NCBI RefSeq assembly: GCF_001194135.2
Contig: NC_068994.1
Span: forward strand, 52,506,222-52,564,389
From: Octopus bimaculoides
Lineage: Eukaryota
Direction: 5' to 3'
DNA length: 58,168 nt
Part shown: positions 40,498-54,929 of the stretch, piece by piece
How positions within the stretch are numbered: position 1 is the first letter of the stretch
Layout: every line of letters begins with the position of its first letter
Translations under genes and position numbers: made by a program
The notes under the pieces: generated by a model
What the model saw: only the letters and a program-made list of their open reading frames with translations
What the model was told of the DNA's origin: nothing
Database searches by the model: none

Positions 40498-41223
40498 CAT
40501 ACATATGTACGCGTGTATATGTTGGTGTTGGTTATCCATTTATATATGTACACATAAACACACACACACACACATACACACACACACACACATACACGCA
40601 CACGCGCATATATATATATATATACACTGGAAGAAACATTAAATAAACCAATAGGATAGAATGAATGGTCACAGAAGAAAACCAAAATTGTTATTATTGT
40701 GCAAATACACAAAAGTCCGTACAAACGACAGTTAGAAGCAAATAACTCCATAGAAACTTTAAACGCAACGCAAAAACCACTAGCAATATATATAAAACTA
40801 ATGAAAATTGTAAGGACACATTAATGTTACTGTATGAGTGCAATACGAATGATAATAAAATATATAGAAGCAAGAATAGGGACTACACTTTGCTGTATAA
40901 AATCACGAGAAGAAAAATTAAAATACACAACTTTACATTAACATTAAGCGTTCTACGAATTACTATAAAATAGCTTTCAATGAAGTAGTAATATAGAGTA
41001 TCATTGACCTCTTACATTGGCAGACTACCAAGAATTAGTAGGATAGGCTACTTGACGACTGAATCGACCAGGTACAATATTATTGATTATTTTATCGACC
41101 ACTAGAGAATAAATGGATAAACAGCAAAGAAGACCCTAAAATATTTTAAATTACAGACTTACTGTATGAATATGTTTAGTCTAAGGACCTTCTGCTAGTC
41201 TATCTCTTCCAAATAAATGGTAA

Positions 41224-41435
41224 TACTCTTTTACTCTTTTACTTGTTTCAGTCATTTGACTGCGGCCATGCTGGAGCACCACCTTTAGTCGAGCAAATCG
41301 ACCCCAGGACTTATTCTTTGTACGCTTAGTACTTATTGTAAGGCTATATTAGAACACTTACCCAAGGTGCCACGCAGTGAGGTTGAATCCAGAACCATAT
41401 GGTTGGGAAGCAATGTTCTTACCACACAGCCACTC
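41224..41435 (-). mobile_element. SINE family C with a large internal deletion (head joined to 3' end)
   Basis: The tail (41224-41337) directly adjoins the head (acccaaggtgccacgcag..cttaccacacagccactc); the middle and the microsatellite are absent. Confidence 0.85.
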
Positions 41436-43712
41436 TGGCGACTTGTGAATATATTATTGAAAACCTTCTTGCTGATATTTCTTCTTTGTCATGCAATAAT
41501 AATAACGATTCACGCGATTATTCTCTGCTTTTCCCATGATCGCGATCCGAAAATATAGCGATTTCGTCTTCTATTTACCGTAGTGTCTTAACTTTTCAAT
41601 ACATATCATACAATATTCAGGAGGAACAAACGTTTTATCCTCATCTTGCAGCTTAATTCCGAAACAGACGTGGTTAACATGATTTTACAAATTGAGTAAT
41701 TTCAGACTGCTGATTAGGTATTGTTATTTTGCTGCAAATGAATTAAAAATCTGTTTCAATCGTTTTTGAGTTTTCTATTCGTGGCTAAAATGTCTGAAAT
41801 GGAATTAGAAAATATATGAAATATAAATACATATAGAAATATAGATGCACAGCTGGACACCTTCGTACGCAGTTTGAAAACTAGTGATACAATACAAGAA
41901 TATGAAACATTCCATTGGGGAGACTCTGTATGATTAACATTTTAAAATTAATTAATTTTATTAATTTAATTAAATATTTGACAAACCAATTTGTGTAAAT
42001 TCTGCGTAAAATTACTTGGCTGTATATTTAAACATGGTGTTTCAAAAATAACTAAACAATTGAAAGAAGTTATGCATTATACATGAAAAGTCGAATTAAC
42101 TAAAAAGGTTGAGCTGATCACAGAAATCGAATTCCATGTGTGAATTCTGCGCGTTGGAACTATATGAAATGAGACCCAAAAGCTTGACAAAAATATTAAA
42201 AATTAAACTTCGAGATAATAGAAAATTCGACATTAAACATCTTGGCCATGCATTCTGGGGTGATTGAATAAAGCAAATATGAACGAGCTTTCATTCAACC
42301 ACGATTGAAAATAGATAACCTACCCTTTTCAAAAGGCAACATTGACATTTGAATATTCCAGTTTCTCATTAAATTTCCAGCAGTTTAAATAAAAGATATA
42401 CATATGTTAGAGCAATGCGGAAAAACTAAGTGTGTTTAATAAAATATGAATTTTTTTCACAATTTTCATCTTGTTAAATATTTCGCTAAAGGAGAAATAT
42501 GAATGCAAATATGTATTATGTCGTCGCATTAATAAGGAAAGAAAACAATTTCTGTCGTAGTAGATCCGGGACTATGTTGTCATAGAGATCAGGTGGACGC
42601 GAAATAATTAGCTTTCGACTTTTCAGCGAGAGTTAGATGCAGACAAAAGGAAACAAAAGCGAGATAGAACACGGAAATATTGCTGTAATTTATGCATTAC
42701 AAAATATATATAAGACAAAATATATATATGCCTATACATATATAAACACATTTTTAGGAATAGACTTTTTCTTACATAAGCTTCTGCATACATTTCGAAA
42801 TACAACCACTTCAACTACACTGTTGATTGAAATACACACACACACACACACACACGTGTGTGACTATATATACATGCATACGCAAATCCAATATCTCTGC
42901 TTTGTGCGTGTGAGTGATTGTCTGTTTATATATCTTTATGTGCATGTGTATATATATATATATATATATATACGAGCTGATATAAGAAAGCAATTTCGTT
43001 ATAACTGCGACAAAAGGTCTATATATATATATACATATATATTGATGCATGTATGTATATATGAGTGTGTGTGTGTATATTTATGCGTATAACTTCATGT
43101 ATATCTATATGTCTATCTATCTATCTATCTATCTATCTATCCATCTATCTATCTATCTATCTATTTATTTATCCCTCTTTCCGCCTGTTTATCTGCCTCC
43201 CTCTGTCTGTCCGCATATGTGCGTACGTGTGTGTGTGAGACTTCGAGAGTTTGTGAATGTACATGCTTATTATGTATATGCAAGTGTCATATACGTGTTT
43301 GTAAAATTATCTATGAAGAGCAAATAGCTATTCATCACCACTCCACTTCTCGTACGCGCAGATTTCCACTGAAAGATACTAACAGATAGCTGATAGTACA
43401 GATACATTATTGCAAATAGCTCTTCATAATGATGTTCCCACAATTTTCCGAACTAATTAAAGTCATCTCATATATAATCCAATATGTCCGCAAGCGATTC
43501 ATATAAAAAGCTTTTAGACCGGTCATTAGCCTGTTTTATTCTTTTAACTTATTTTGGATCAGAATAAATTAATGTTCGAGTAACACATGTACTCATTCTG
43601 TTTCTTCGTATACCAGAATTACTTGTTAACCTTTCAGCTTTCCTATTTATAATATTATTCATTATTTACTCGTACACGTTTCTATATACAAATATATAGA
43701 TTCCACCGTACA

Positions 43713-43745
<33 letters not shown>

Positions 43746-43963
43746 TAATGCAAACATTCATACGCAAGTATAAGCTCTCACAGATAGGTAAGTGCAGATA
43801 TGTATATGTGTATGTGGTCACGCTCGCGCGGACATATACAGATAGGCGCTCACAAACAAACTAACACTTATGCTGACGCACATACATATCTGTATATAAA
43901 TATATATTGGAAGATATATCTATCTAATTATATATATATATGTATATATATAGTTATATATAT

Positions 43964-44133
43964 GAGTGGCTGTGTGGTAAGTAGATTGCTTACCAACCAC
44001 ATGGTTCCGGGTTCAGTCCAACTCCGTGGCACCTTGGGCAAGTGTCTTCTAGTCTAGCCTCGGACCGACCAAAGCCTTGTGAGTGGATTTGGTAGACGGA
44101 AACTGAAAGAAGCTCGTCATATAGGTGCATATG

Positions 44134-44179
<46 letters not shown>

Positions 44180-44356
44180 TTGACAATCGATGCTGGTGTG
44201 TTTGCGTCCCCGTAACGTAGCGGTTTGGCAAAAGTGACCGATAGAATAAGTACTAGGCTTACAAATAATAAGTCTTGGGGTCGATGTGCTCGACTGAATG
44301 CGGTGCTCCAGTATGCCCGCAGTCAAATGAGTGAAAGAAGTAAAATTAGTAAAGAG

Positions 44357-44357
<1 letters not shown>
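43964..44357 (+). mobile_element. Full-length tRNA-derived SINE family C with internal (TA)/(TG) microsatellite
   Basis: Head gagtggctgtgtggtaagtag..ggttcagtcc (A/B boxes); ttggtagacggaaactgaaagaagc; internal (TG)n at ~44145-44178; 3' half ending gcagtcaaatgagtgaaagaagtaaaa; lies within (TA)n. Confidence 0.92.
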
Positions 44358-44442
<85 letters not shown>

Positions 44443-44708
44443 TATATATATATATATATACATACATACACATGGGGTGCAAAAGTGTATGTATACAGTT
44501 AGTATCACATCAATGTTATAATACTTAATTTATTATGAGTATTAGCGCGTTAAATAAGTTAGCCTCATTTTTGATATCTTCGGAGTCATTAATCATAATA
44601 ATTCATTTATCAGAACTATACTTTTATCGTAGGTTATTTTTTAATACAAATAAATGAGTATTGTATGTGTTTCCTTTTAAATAACTGTATTTCCACCTCT
44701 TGTATGTC

Positions 44709-44747
<39 letters not shown>

Positions 44748-45249
44748 GTATGTATGAATACATCACATATTATGTATACATGCGCACATATGCGGATGTA
44801 AGTCTATGTATACAATGATATGAATGGCATACATAAGTTTTCTAACTTATATGCACTCTTTCCTTTCATGGAAATCTCTGTAAACAATAGATTTCAAGGA
44901 TGTAGTGTTGATGGAAGTATGCAATTAAACAAAGATAATTGAAAGCTATTCTTTTAAAAGAAATATGCTTTCTAAATTTATTAAAATTTCGTGTATTAAT
45001 TAAAGCTTATCAGTTTTCTTAAACAGAAAATAGACAGAATTTGCATTTTAATTAATATGTTAATTTAAAAGAATTGACTGTAAAACGCATGTGTGTTTGT
45101 CTGAAATTAATTAGTACGTGTGGAAAATGCAATTGCTATAAATTATAATTTGATATATGTTACAACAAGTATCATCTTAAAAAGAAATAATGTGAATATG
45201 TACAAAATTGAATGTACAACAGAATATAAATAATCGTTTTTGATATACG

Positions 45250-45450
45250 TACGATTTCAGAAATTCAGGGGTAGACTGGTTGTCGATTCAATCCCCTTAC
45301 TTGAATGGAACTTTATTCTATCGTTTTCGGAATAGAATTAAGGGGGAAATTCGACTTTGTGTGATGTGAAATCAGAACGTAAAGAAACGGAAAAATATTA
45401 AAGAGAATTATTTTCGACTGCTTACGTTTCTGCCAGGTCTCTGTCTTCGA
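45250..45450 (-). mobile_element. SINE family A, strongly diverged
   Basis: ttcgactttgtgtgatgtgaaatcagaacgtaaag..acgtttctgccag homology. Confidence 0.55.
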
Positions 45451-46951
45451 TGGAATTTAAGTTGTAATTTCTTATTTAGGAGCAGTCTCAAAGATATGAA
45501 AGGGATCAGCGTTAGTCAGTTGAACTGGCTCCAATACTATTCTGATATTTTATCGTTGATGACAGTGGAATGAATTGCTAATATTAGTAAAATGAATCTT
45601 GAACCCAGAACGTAAGGTTTGAGAAGGGCAATACAGAAATTTATAGATTTTAATTTAGGTACAAAGTCAGCATACTTCTGAAGGCAGAAGTGGTGAATAC
45701 CATTGGCCCCAGTATAATATTTTGTCAGTCCTGAGAGGATGAAAATAATGACAAGGCCAGATTTATGTGGAATGAAATAAAATTAATTTAGAAAGAAATA
45801 AAAAGTTTTATTAAAACATTCAAAATACTTTATAGTACCTAAAGTGTACAAATACATAAAACATGAATGAATTCACGATATTGTGTAGTACCCTGCGAAA
45901 ACGGTAATGCGAATTCATTTAAACTATAGGAGGTTAGCAATATCAATTTACCATATACTTAAACATTAGAGTCTTCTAATCAAAACACACACTTAACTTA
46001 AAATAACAAGATCTGTCAGATTCCGGTCATATCAGGGAAAATTATCCTGGTACATAGTTGTTTTTTTTTTTAAATGATAATATTGTATAGCCAGACACTG
46101 TTATTATTTTATGAAATATAAAAAAATATATTATAGTAAATATAAAGCAACTGTTTAAAAGTGCATATATCGGACTATAACATAGAATATCAATTAATAT
46201 AATTAACATTAAAATGGTTTAAAATAAGTATACATGAAACGGGAGAAAAATAGAAATATAAAAGGCGTTTACGTGTAAATGTACAATATTGTATAATGTG
46301 AAATGATTATTCGGTTTAAAAGTTTGTAATTAGTTTAATTAATAAGTTGACTGCAATAACATAAATTTAATGAAGCATAATACATCGATGACATCGCTAG
46401 AATTTGTAGCCTGTGAATTAAATAATTAAACAAAAATTAATAAATGGAAAGATAATAATTATGTCTCAGTTTAAACAATTAAATACATGTATTATTATTT
46501 CGAACACTAATAGAACCAAAGAACTGCATTTATAAGTTGCTAATGTGTGTCGTTTTTAATGTATTATTCAAGGTAATCTATAATTATAACGAAAGTAAAA
46601 CCTTTTAGAGGAAATATAATTTTATAGATGGTGATAGAACAAGGTATCGTCAAAAATATATTGTAAACCATAACAAAAGGGAAAAAGAAAATGTATTGGA
46701 TGAGAAGCATTAACTGAAATCGGTTAGTATACGGGACGAATATGTTGGTGTGTTTTACACAAATTACCTATTTAGAAATATCACCTGCTCGAAATACCGT
46801 AAATCTCGGAAAATCTGTTATCTGCTACATGAGTTACATTCAAAGCCAACTTCAAATGTTTGGGAGGGTGGCTAACAAAATGAGTGCTCGACATGACATT
46901 GGAGGATGTAGAAATTCTTTATTTGTGAATTAAGCCAACCATTAGTTTCAC

Positions 46952-47124
46952 GTTACATTAAGTAGGAAAATATCCTAGTGTCTTAACAATTTTCCAGATC
47001 ATATGGAGAGAGAGAGAGAGATGTTCGCCTCCATTTTGGAAAACCAAAGTGGAGGCGAACATCTTTCTCCGTGTGATCGGCTTGAAAAATTAATACACTA
47101 GGATATTTTCCTACTTTTTGTAAC
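46952..47124. repeat. ~173-bp palindrome with a 4-nt loop (self-complementary element, unclassified)
   Basis: gttacattaagtaggaaaatatcctagtgt..agatgttcgcctccattttgg AAAA ccaaagtggaggcgaacatct..acactaggatattttcctactttttgtaac. Confidence 0.9.
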
Positions 47125-47466
47125 ATGCAACCAAAATCCCGGACTAATTGTGGAAATTTCTGTGAGAAACAAGATCATACTCACCAAATTTCGAAATCCC
47201 ATGATTTTATCAAACTACTTCATTTTGTGAGTGTATCTCGCCAAAGTAAGATGTTGAGGTTTACTGCTCACAGTCCTGAATATTTCATGAGGCTAGTGCT
47301 TTTCTGTGGCTGTTCAATTTAAATTCTATTTCCGTATATTACAATACATCTCAACGCTTCTAAAAACAAACTTTGTTTGTTTACTTTTATCGTAAAGTTG
47401 AATTTAACGTTAGCGTCTTATGAAGCTAAATTTATAAGTTCTAAAATTGCAGAAGAATTCGTTGTT

Positions 47467-47532
47467 GGGCAGTTTAGTTTAATGCTTGACGCGTAATCAC
47501 AGAGATGTGAGTTCGAGTCTTATGGCTGGCCG
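47467..47532 (+). pseudogene. Degenerate tRNA-like sequence (possibly Thr-CGT-derived, or a solo SINE head)
   Basis: gggcag..ctggcc acceptor-like ends; T arm gtgag-ttcgagt-cttat; anticodon-loop-like cgcgtaa; truncated D arm; T-run ~10 nt downstream. Confidence 0.4.
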
Positions 47533-47695
47533 GTAACGTATTTTTTTGCAATATATTGATAATTTATCCTGATCACGCTATTTATAGCATTATCACGGGT
47601 TTGAGAAATAAATTTATTTCCGTATCTTACATCTTAGTATATTAATATATTATTATATCTTATATGTTACTATACCTGTCTGTCTGGATGGATGC

Positions 47696-47744
<49 letters not shown>

Positions 47745-50700
47745 TATATGAGGAAACTGTTTTCTTTTTATTGGTTCTAGCTGGCTTCAAATACCTTAGC
47801 TAAGAGCATTAAATATTTGGGGAGAAAGTAAGCGAATATGTACAACAAAGACAAACAAAAGCGGAAAAAAAACAAAAAAGCAGAGAATATGTTATACAGT
47901 TACAAATGCAAGCAACAAGAAAATAACAGGTGTCTTCTTTGTGTGTATGTGTGTGTGTGTGTGTGTTTTCTTTGTGTGTGTGTGTAAGTGCGTGTGTAAC
48001 TGTGATGAAATTATTTAAGAATCGATGTTAATATTTTTTATGGTTTTGTATATATTTTCCTCTTGGGATTCACAAATTTCTCCTTTTTGTAACTCCCTAA
48101 TCTCGTTCCTAAGTATATATATCTACGAAAGATTTGATTTTCATCGGCGAAATTAGAACTTAGTCATTAAATAAAATAAACTGTTTCTGATGCTTTAAAT
48201 AAGTTTCCCATGCTAACACACGTGCTCATTTACGCTCTCTCCATCTGTCTCTCTCTCACACATATGCACGAACACACAGGTACACACACATATATGAGTA
48301 TGTGTGTGTATCGGTGTGTATTTTCCAACTCATTACATGGCTGTATATTTTTTCTGTATGTATTATCATTATATGGTTTGTGGCGTTGCCTTTTACAACC
48401 TATTAGACTGGGTGAAGCAAAATTCATGTATTTCGTTTTTACATTATTTCATGCTGTTCATACAATTCCCACAAGGCCAATAATGCACTTCTTTCTCACT
48501 CATTCTCTTTCTCTCCATTATCATATATTGCCTAAGCGATTCAGATTTCAAAAAGAACATCACAATCAAAAGCAACTATTTATATAGGAATCAACGAACT
48601 ATTAACGCCATTACTCTATTAAGGAACCAACTATGCTTAAATTATCTCCAATTGTTAGAAGCTTCACGTGGCTACTTCATTAGCTGTACAATTGTGAAAT
48701 GATGTTTTTGCTCTTATTTTTACCTCTTTGTTTTACTTTTTGACGTTTTTACTTGTCGTGTTAGACATTATCATTTAATAAGCTATCGCTGGCTGTATGT
48801 ATAGAAGTTACCAAGGCATCCCATTTGTCCTCAAGCAACGGACTTGAATCAGCATCTGAAATTATGGCGTAGACAATTAGTATACGATTATTTTTATTTT
48901 GTTAATTAGTTATTCCTCTGAACTATTTTAGATAAAGAGCGATCAAACCTAGGCAACACCAGAATCATCTAATAACTCAATGCAAAATTTTTGTGTTGAT
49001 TTTTTCAGGATGCAAAATAAGTTCTCTTTTTTCATAAATTAGTCGTCTGATGCACAATATTACTGAAAATTCCCCAGGACTTTATTAGCACTCTAAATGT
49101 GAAGAAAAACTTAATAGAGTTTATATAAATATTTGAGAACCATGTAAATGATCGTCATTATTTTGTTTATTTTCTGTTTTTCCTATACTGAAATTCATTC
49201 AAGTTTTGCGTTGATATTCCTTTTGACGATTTGGATGAAATAAGTATCACTAGTACAGTTTAGTTTAGCCGATTCAAATCGATATTATTCTGACATTTAA
49301 AGACAAAGTTAGTATTAAATGCTAAAATTATAAGTGGTAGTGTGACAAATACGGAAAAATACATAACTATATGCATTAACGTGTTTAGTTTCATCCGTTC
49401 TCGTCGAAAGTTTTATAATTTAGGGAGGTGAAGCGGTTCTTATGACATTTATTGGCCTCTTTAGAGATGTTGAATCGATATTTGCTTTAATTCATACATT
49501 TGTTACCTCTGTTTTAATTGACTATATAGTTTCTCTACTAGAATATTTCCCTATGAGCATATTATAGAAATCAAATCAATAAGATTTGTGTTCTCAAGTT
49601 CCTCTTTATAAAATGTGGTTAGTGTTAAGTTTAAAAATAAAGCTTTTTGTGAGCGATAAAATAAAATGCATTCAATTTACTATTTTCAAAAAAAAAATCG
49701 ATTATATCAGAAATAGAGCCTAGACAAAAGCGATTATACTGTGTTTAAGATTACTTAGTGATGCCATCGGTTAGACTATTCAGTAAAAGGAAGGACAAAT
49801 ATTTATAGCTTTCGCTGGTTTCTCTTTACAGTTTGTGTATATACCATGAAGATATCGTCATTAATTTCTAAATTTCCAAGGTCGATAAAATGAAAAATAA
49901 CCTATTACACTCAGGGGAATTGAGTTTGCTGTTAAAGTTTGAGAAATAGAGCCTGGAACTCAACATTAAGTAGAATATTGCCTGTATATTTAATGAGAAA
50001 ATAATGCAGATAGGATGTGATATCATCCATCCAGAATTAAATAGGCTAAAACTAGACAACTTTGATTAAAGCATCGTGACAGTGTTCTAACTCAGGAAAA
50101 ATTGTCTCAAGACATGTACGGTTGTCCAGTCGACTTAAACTTATTTCACAACAGCTACAAAATGACCTAGTCAAACGAATAAAATCATGTTGATTAAATA
50201 GCCATCGAATACAGTTTTAGATAGAGATAAAATTCAGCTCCGGTAACAAAATATAGAAGACGAAAATATAATAAATCATTTTGATGTACTGAGTATAAAA
50301 CCACACACGTGCAATATACAGGAAAATGAAGGACATTTCATCATACAAAATGATTAAAAGAATTTAGAGTAAAATATTCTGTTTTTGAACAATTAATTTA
50401 TGTATGTATCAGTGGGAGAGAAATAGTATATTAGGGATTTTCTAAAGGAAATGAGCATAGCATTTGCCGATATATATTTTGGCGACTGGAGAATTTACTC
50501 TCTCCGTATATGACATGTATCTATAATTTATTTATTTTTCTATCTGATATATNNNNNNNNNNNNNNNNNNNNNNNNNNNNNNNNNNNNNNNNNNNNNNNN
50601 NNNNNNNNNNNNNNNNNNNNNNNNNNNNNNNNNNNNNNNNNNNNNNNNNNNNNNNNNNNNNNNNNNNNNNNNNNNNNNNNNNNNNNNNNNNNNNNNNNNN

Positions 50701-50766
50701 NNNNNNNNNNNNNNNNNNNNNNNNNNNNNNNNNNNNNNNNNNNNNNNNNNNNNNNNNNNNNNNNNN

Positions 50767-50807
<41 letters not shown>

Positions 50808-51911
50808 AATATATATATAAACACATAAAAACACATTCACATGCATGTGCATATACGTACATGCGTATATGTGTGTGTGTGTGTGTGTGTTCTCTCATTC
50901 TTTTACATGCTTCAGTTCTAAGGCCATGCTGGAGTACCGCACATACATCATGTATCCACGTATTTTTGTCACTTTAAAATGCAAGCATTTTATTACTAAG
51001 AGAATAAACAAGCTGTGGAATTTTGATAATGGGAACAGTACGGCCATTAACTAAAGCAACATGTGTTAAAACGGAGCTATTGATTATGATCTTGAATATC
51101 ATTTTGGAGCTCAGAATGCAACGCATAATGGCATGTATGTTCATAAAGCAGCTGGTGGCGAGGGAGGTACTCCAATTAAATTATGATGGCAATGCATACA
51201 ATGATTTATACACGCGTATATTGTTATTAACAAACATAGGTTACTTCATAAAATGTTTTATACAGAATGAGTTTACTTTGCAAGGCAACGTGACGGAAAT
51301 ATATAATTTAGTGTTGTTGGGCAATATAAGTTTGCATCCACTAATAAGAAGCATTACTGTGGAGTATATCCATTTGTTTTGAACCGTGAATTATTTCGTA
51401 ATTTAATTAAATATATTAATTAAATTTACTAGATGCTTGGACAATAAAGTAGATATAGACTGGACGAAGCCATTTCATAGTGAAGTCTACGAGCATCACG
51501 TATATCGAGGGAATTTATCTAACTTATTTAATTAATTTTCGTTACTAGTGACGGCTCAAGACTAATGGACAAGTAAACCTTAGTATGAAGAATAAGCACT
51601 GCTTGCACGTGAAGATATTTACATGACACTTAATATTTCACACTCTCCATGTGACAAATGCATTTTCTAAGTAACTTTGTTGATTCAGCTCAGCTTGCAA
51701 AATGTTTAATTGTACCTTATTCTAATAAATGGTATATATATCAACAAGTAGCATGGATGTCACACGGCCCATTGTTATTATGATAAGAAATGACATATCA
51801 TTGTGTTTTTGAATGATATACAGATTCACATTGGAAAAATTACAAAGCGGTCACTCCCTGGATGCATTGTTTCTCATACTTCCACACATTTTAATCAAGT
51901 GAAATATACTC

Positions 51912-52502
51912 GTTTCTGCTCTAGGCACAATGCCGGAATCTTTTGGGAGGGGGACAGTCGATTACATAGACCCCTGTATTCAACTGGTACTTAATTTATC
52001 GACCCCGAAAGGATGAAACGTAAGGTCGATCTTGGTGGAATTCATTTCAGAACGTAATACCGCTCAGCATTTCGCCCGGTGCGATAACGTTTCTTATTTC
52101 TTTATTGCCTACAAGTGGTTAAACACGGAGGGGACAAACAAGGGGATAGAGTCGAGTACATCGGCCCCAGTGCGTAACTTGTACTTAATTTATCGACCCC
52201 CGAAAGGATGAAAGGCAAAGTCGACCTCGGCGGAATTTGGACTCAGAACGTAACGGCAGACGAAATACCTATTTCTTTACTGCCCACAAGGGGCTACACA
52301 CAGAGGGGACAAACAAGGACAGACAAACGGATTAAGTCGATTATATCGACCCCAGTGCGTAACTGGTACTTAATTTATCGACCCCGAAAGGATGAAGGGC
52401 AAAGTCGACCTCGGCGGAATTTGAACTCAGAACGCAGTGGCAGACGAAATACCGCTAAGCATTGCGCCCGGCGTGCTAACGTTTCTGCCAGCTCGCCGCC
52501 TT
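51912..52502 (-). mobile_element. Head-to-tail trimer of SINE family A units; two carry an alternative 3' tail (variant B)
   Basis: Three copies of ttaatttatcgaccccgaaaggatgaa. Junctions at ~52093 and ~52268; the complete tRNA-like head is present only at 52502. Confidence 0.92.
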
Positions 52503-53228
52503 CCATCCACCGAAATTAACTATCAAATAGTCTATTTCTATATATAAGCACAATTCATTCATAGGGAAAGTTTCAAAATCAGAACGTGTGCGACTTAAAA
52601 AAAGTAAATCCCCTATAGAATAACTGTTATGTAATTGGATATCCTGCGAAAACACAAGTTTTTGTTTTCCATCAAAGGAAGAAGGACACACATAGAAAGC
52701 TAAATATAGTATTGGCTGTAGCAAAAGGGAAACAGCCACGCTCGATGTATTATGGTATGTTAATCACAAATTCGGGAAAAACTTACAATTGAAGGTCCAC
52801 AAGGAATAGGCGTTTAGGATATCCTTCACAGATCTAAAAAAAGGAAAATGGAAAATGAAATTGTATCTTTTACTACGTATAAATAAACCATTTACGAACG
52901 ATGCGTTGATTTCGAAAATGCGTTTGAAATGGGAAAAGAAGTATAATAGAATAAAGAGAGAATTTAAACACGAAATATTACAACTCTATTTCATTTATAT
53001 AAATTTGTATAATTGAAAACATTCTATTTCTTTCTGTTCATACGACAAGTCTCTATTATCAGAAATGTCGCTCACGCTTAATTACTTTGGATTATTAATT
53101 AGACTTCTGTTGGTATTTCTGATTTCTATATAATAAATGAAATGATTTATTTTAAAAATGATTGAAGCCTATTAATTTGTTTCAGAGACTGGGTTTCCAT
53201 AGTGTGTTTGCTTTAATCTGTGTGTGTA

Positions 53229-53283
<55 letters not shown>

Positions 53284-53652
53284 ATGTACATATTCACAAA
53301 CAGATTTTCACACACACACACATCTATATGTGTATCTGCATGCCTGTATGTATATATTTATTTGTATATATNNNNNNNNNNNNNNNNNNNNNNNNNNNNN
53401 NNNNNNNNNNNNNNNNNNNNNNNNNNNNNNNNNNNNNNNNNNNNNNNNNNNNNNNNNNNNNNNNNNNNNNNNNNNNNNNNNNNNNNNNNNNNNNNNNNNN
53501 NNNNNNNNNNNNNNNNNNNNNNNNNNNNNNNNNNNNNNNNNNNNNNNNNNNNNNNNNNNNNNNNNNNNNNNNNNNNNNNNNNNNNNNNNNNNNNNNNNNN
53601 NNNNNNNNNNNNNNNNNNNNNNNNNNNNNNNNNNNNNNNNNNNNNNNNNNNN

Positions 53653-53690
<38 letters not shown>

Positions 53691-54349
53691 GGATATATAG
53701 AATATATATATGATTGTATGCATATACATAAATGTATATATATATATGTTTTTGATATTAACTTCATTTCGCTTAGACATAGCGACACTAATAACCTGGT
53801 GTTACAACTCAACATGCATATGCATCTGAACAAAGCTTTACTCGAGTATAGATTAGTAATGACAAACAGAGAAGAAATTACGTCACTATCTTCATTACCT
53901 TACGGGAGTTTCTGCTATTAGATGTAACGCATTCATAGTTGAATGGTTGTGTGTCAAACTATATAGTTTCACAGGAGCGTCAAACATGAAGCGCATTGTT
54001 TTCTCCCTCTCTCTCTCTTTCTCTCCCTCTCTCTCTTTCTCTCCCTCTCTCTCACACATACGCACTCATATACCCACATACATACATACCTACATACATA
54101 CATACATACATATATGCTTCATAACAAAGCGTTAGTGGAGTATAGAGCAGTAAATATATATATATCGAAAAATATATTTGCCAAATAAATGTGGTGGTCC
54201 TATAGAGGACGATGTTACTGTTGTTTTCAGCCCGAAGAAGACATTTCCTACAGCTGACCCCTCTATGGGATCGCCAAATTTAGTTGTCAAATATTTTTCA
54301 CGATTCCGTTCTGTTACTGTTTACCTCTCGCTCAGAGATTTAATATAGC

Positions 54350-54385
<36 letters not shown>

Positions 54386-54879
54386 NNNNNNNNNNNNNNN
54401 NNNNNNNNNNNNNNNNNNNNNNNNNNNNNNNNNNNNNNNNNNNNNNNNNNNNNNNNNNNNNNNNNNNNNNNNNNNNNNNNNNNNNNNNNNNNNNNNNNNN
54501 NNNNNNNNNNNNNNNNNNNNNNNNNNNNNNNNNNNNNNNNNNNNNNNNNNNNNNNNNNNNNNNNNNNNNNNNNNNNNNNNNNNNNNNNNNNNNNNNNNNN
54601 NNNNNNNATTCCTTGTGAGAATTAAATATTTTTTAATAGATACATGTTTTTACGTGCTTCTAATAGTTTCTTATGTCGAGAAATACCTGAATGTCATTCA
54701 TCAGGCATGAACCAAATATCATAAAAAACTAAAAATTGCATGAGAAAAGGATCACGAAAAATTGAGAAAGAAGCATCTAGAAAACGTGGAAGGTTAAAAA
54801 ACGGAAATCGAAAATTAAGAAAGTAAAAAAAGGTATATATTATGTGTGTGTATGTGTTTTTGTGCATATATACATGATG

Positions 54880-54929
<50 letters not shown>

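Noticed and set aside
51023-51382. 119-aa ORF in non-repeat DNA
   Set aside because: No recognisable motif and no convincing splice sites; compatible with chance.
51912-52502. Repeat-spacer appearance resembling a CRISPR array
   Set aside because: The units are ~180-230-bp SINE copies with tRNA-like heads in a eukaryotic context; no unique spacers and no cas genes.
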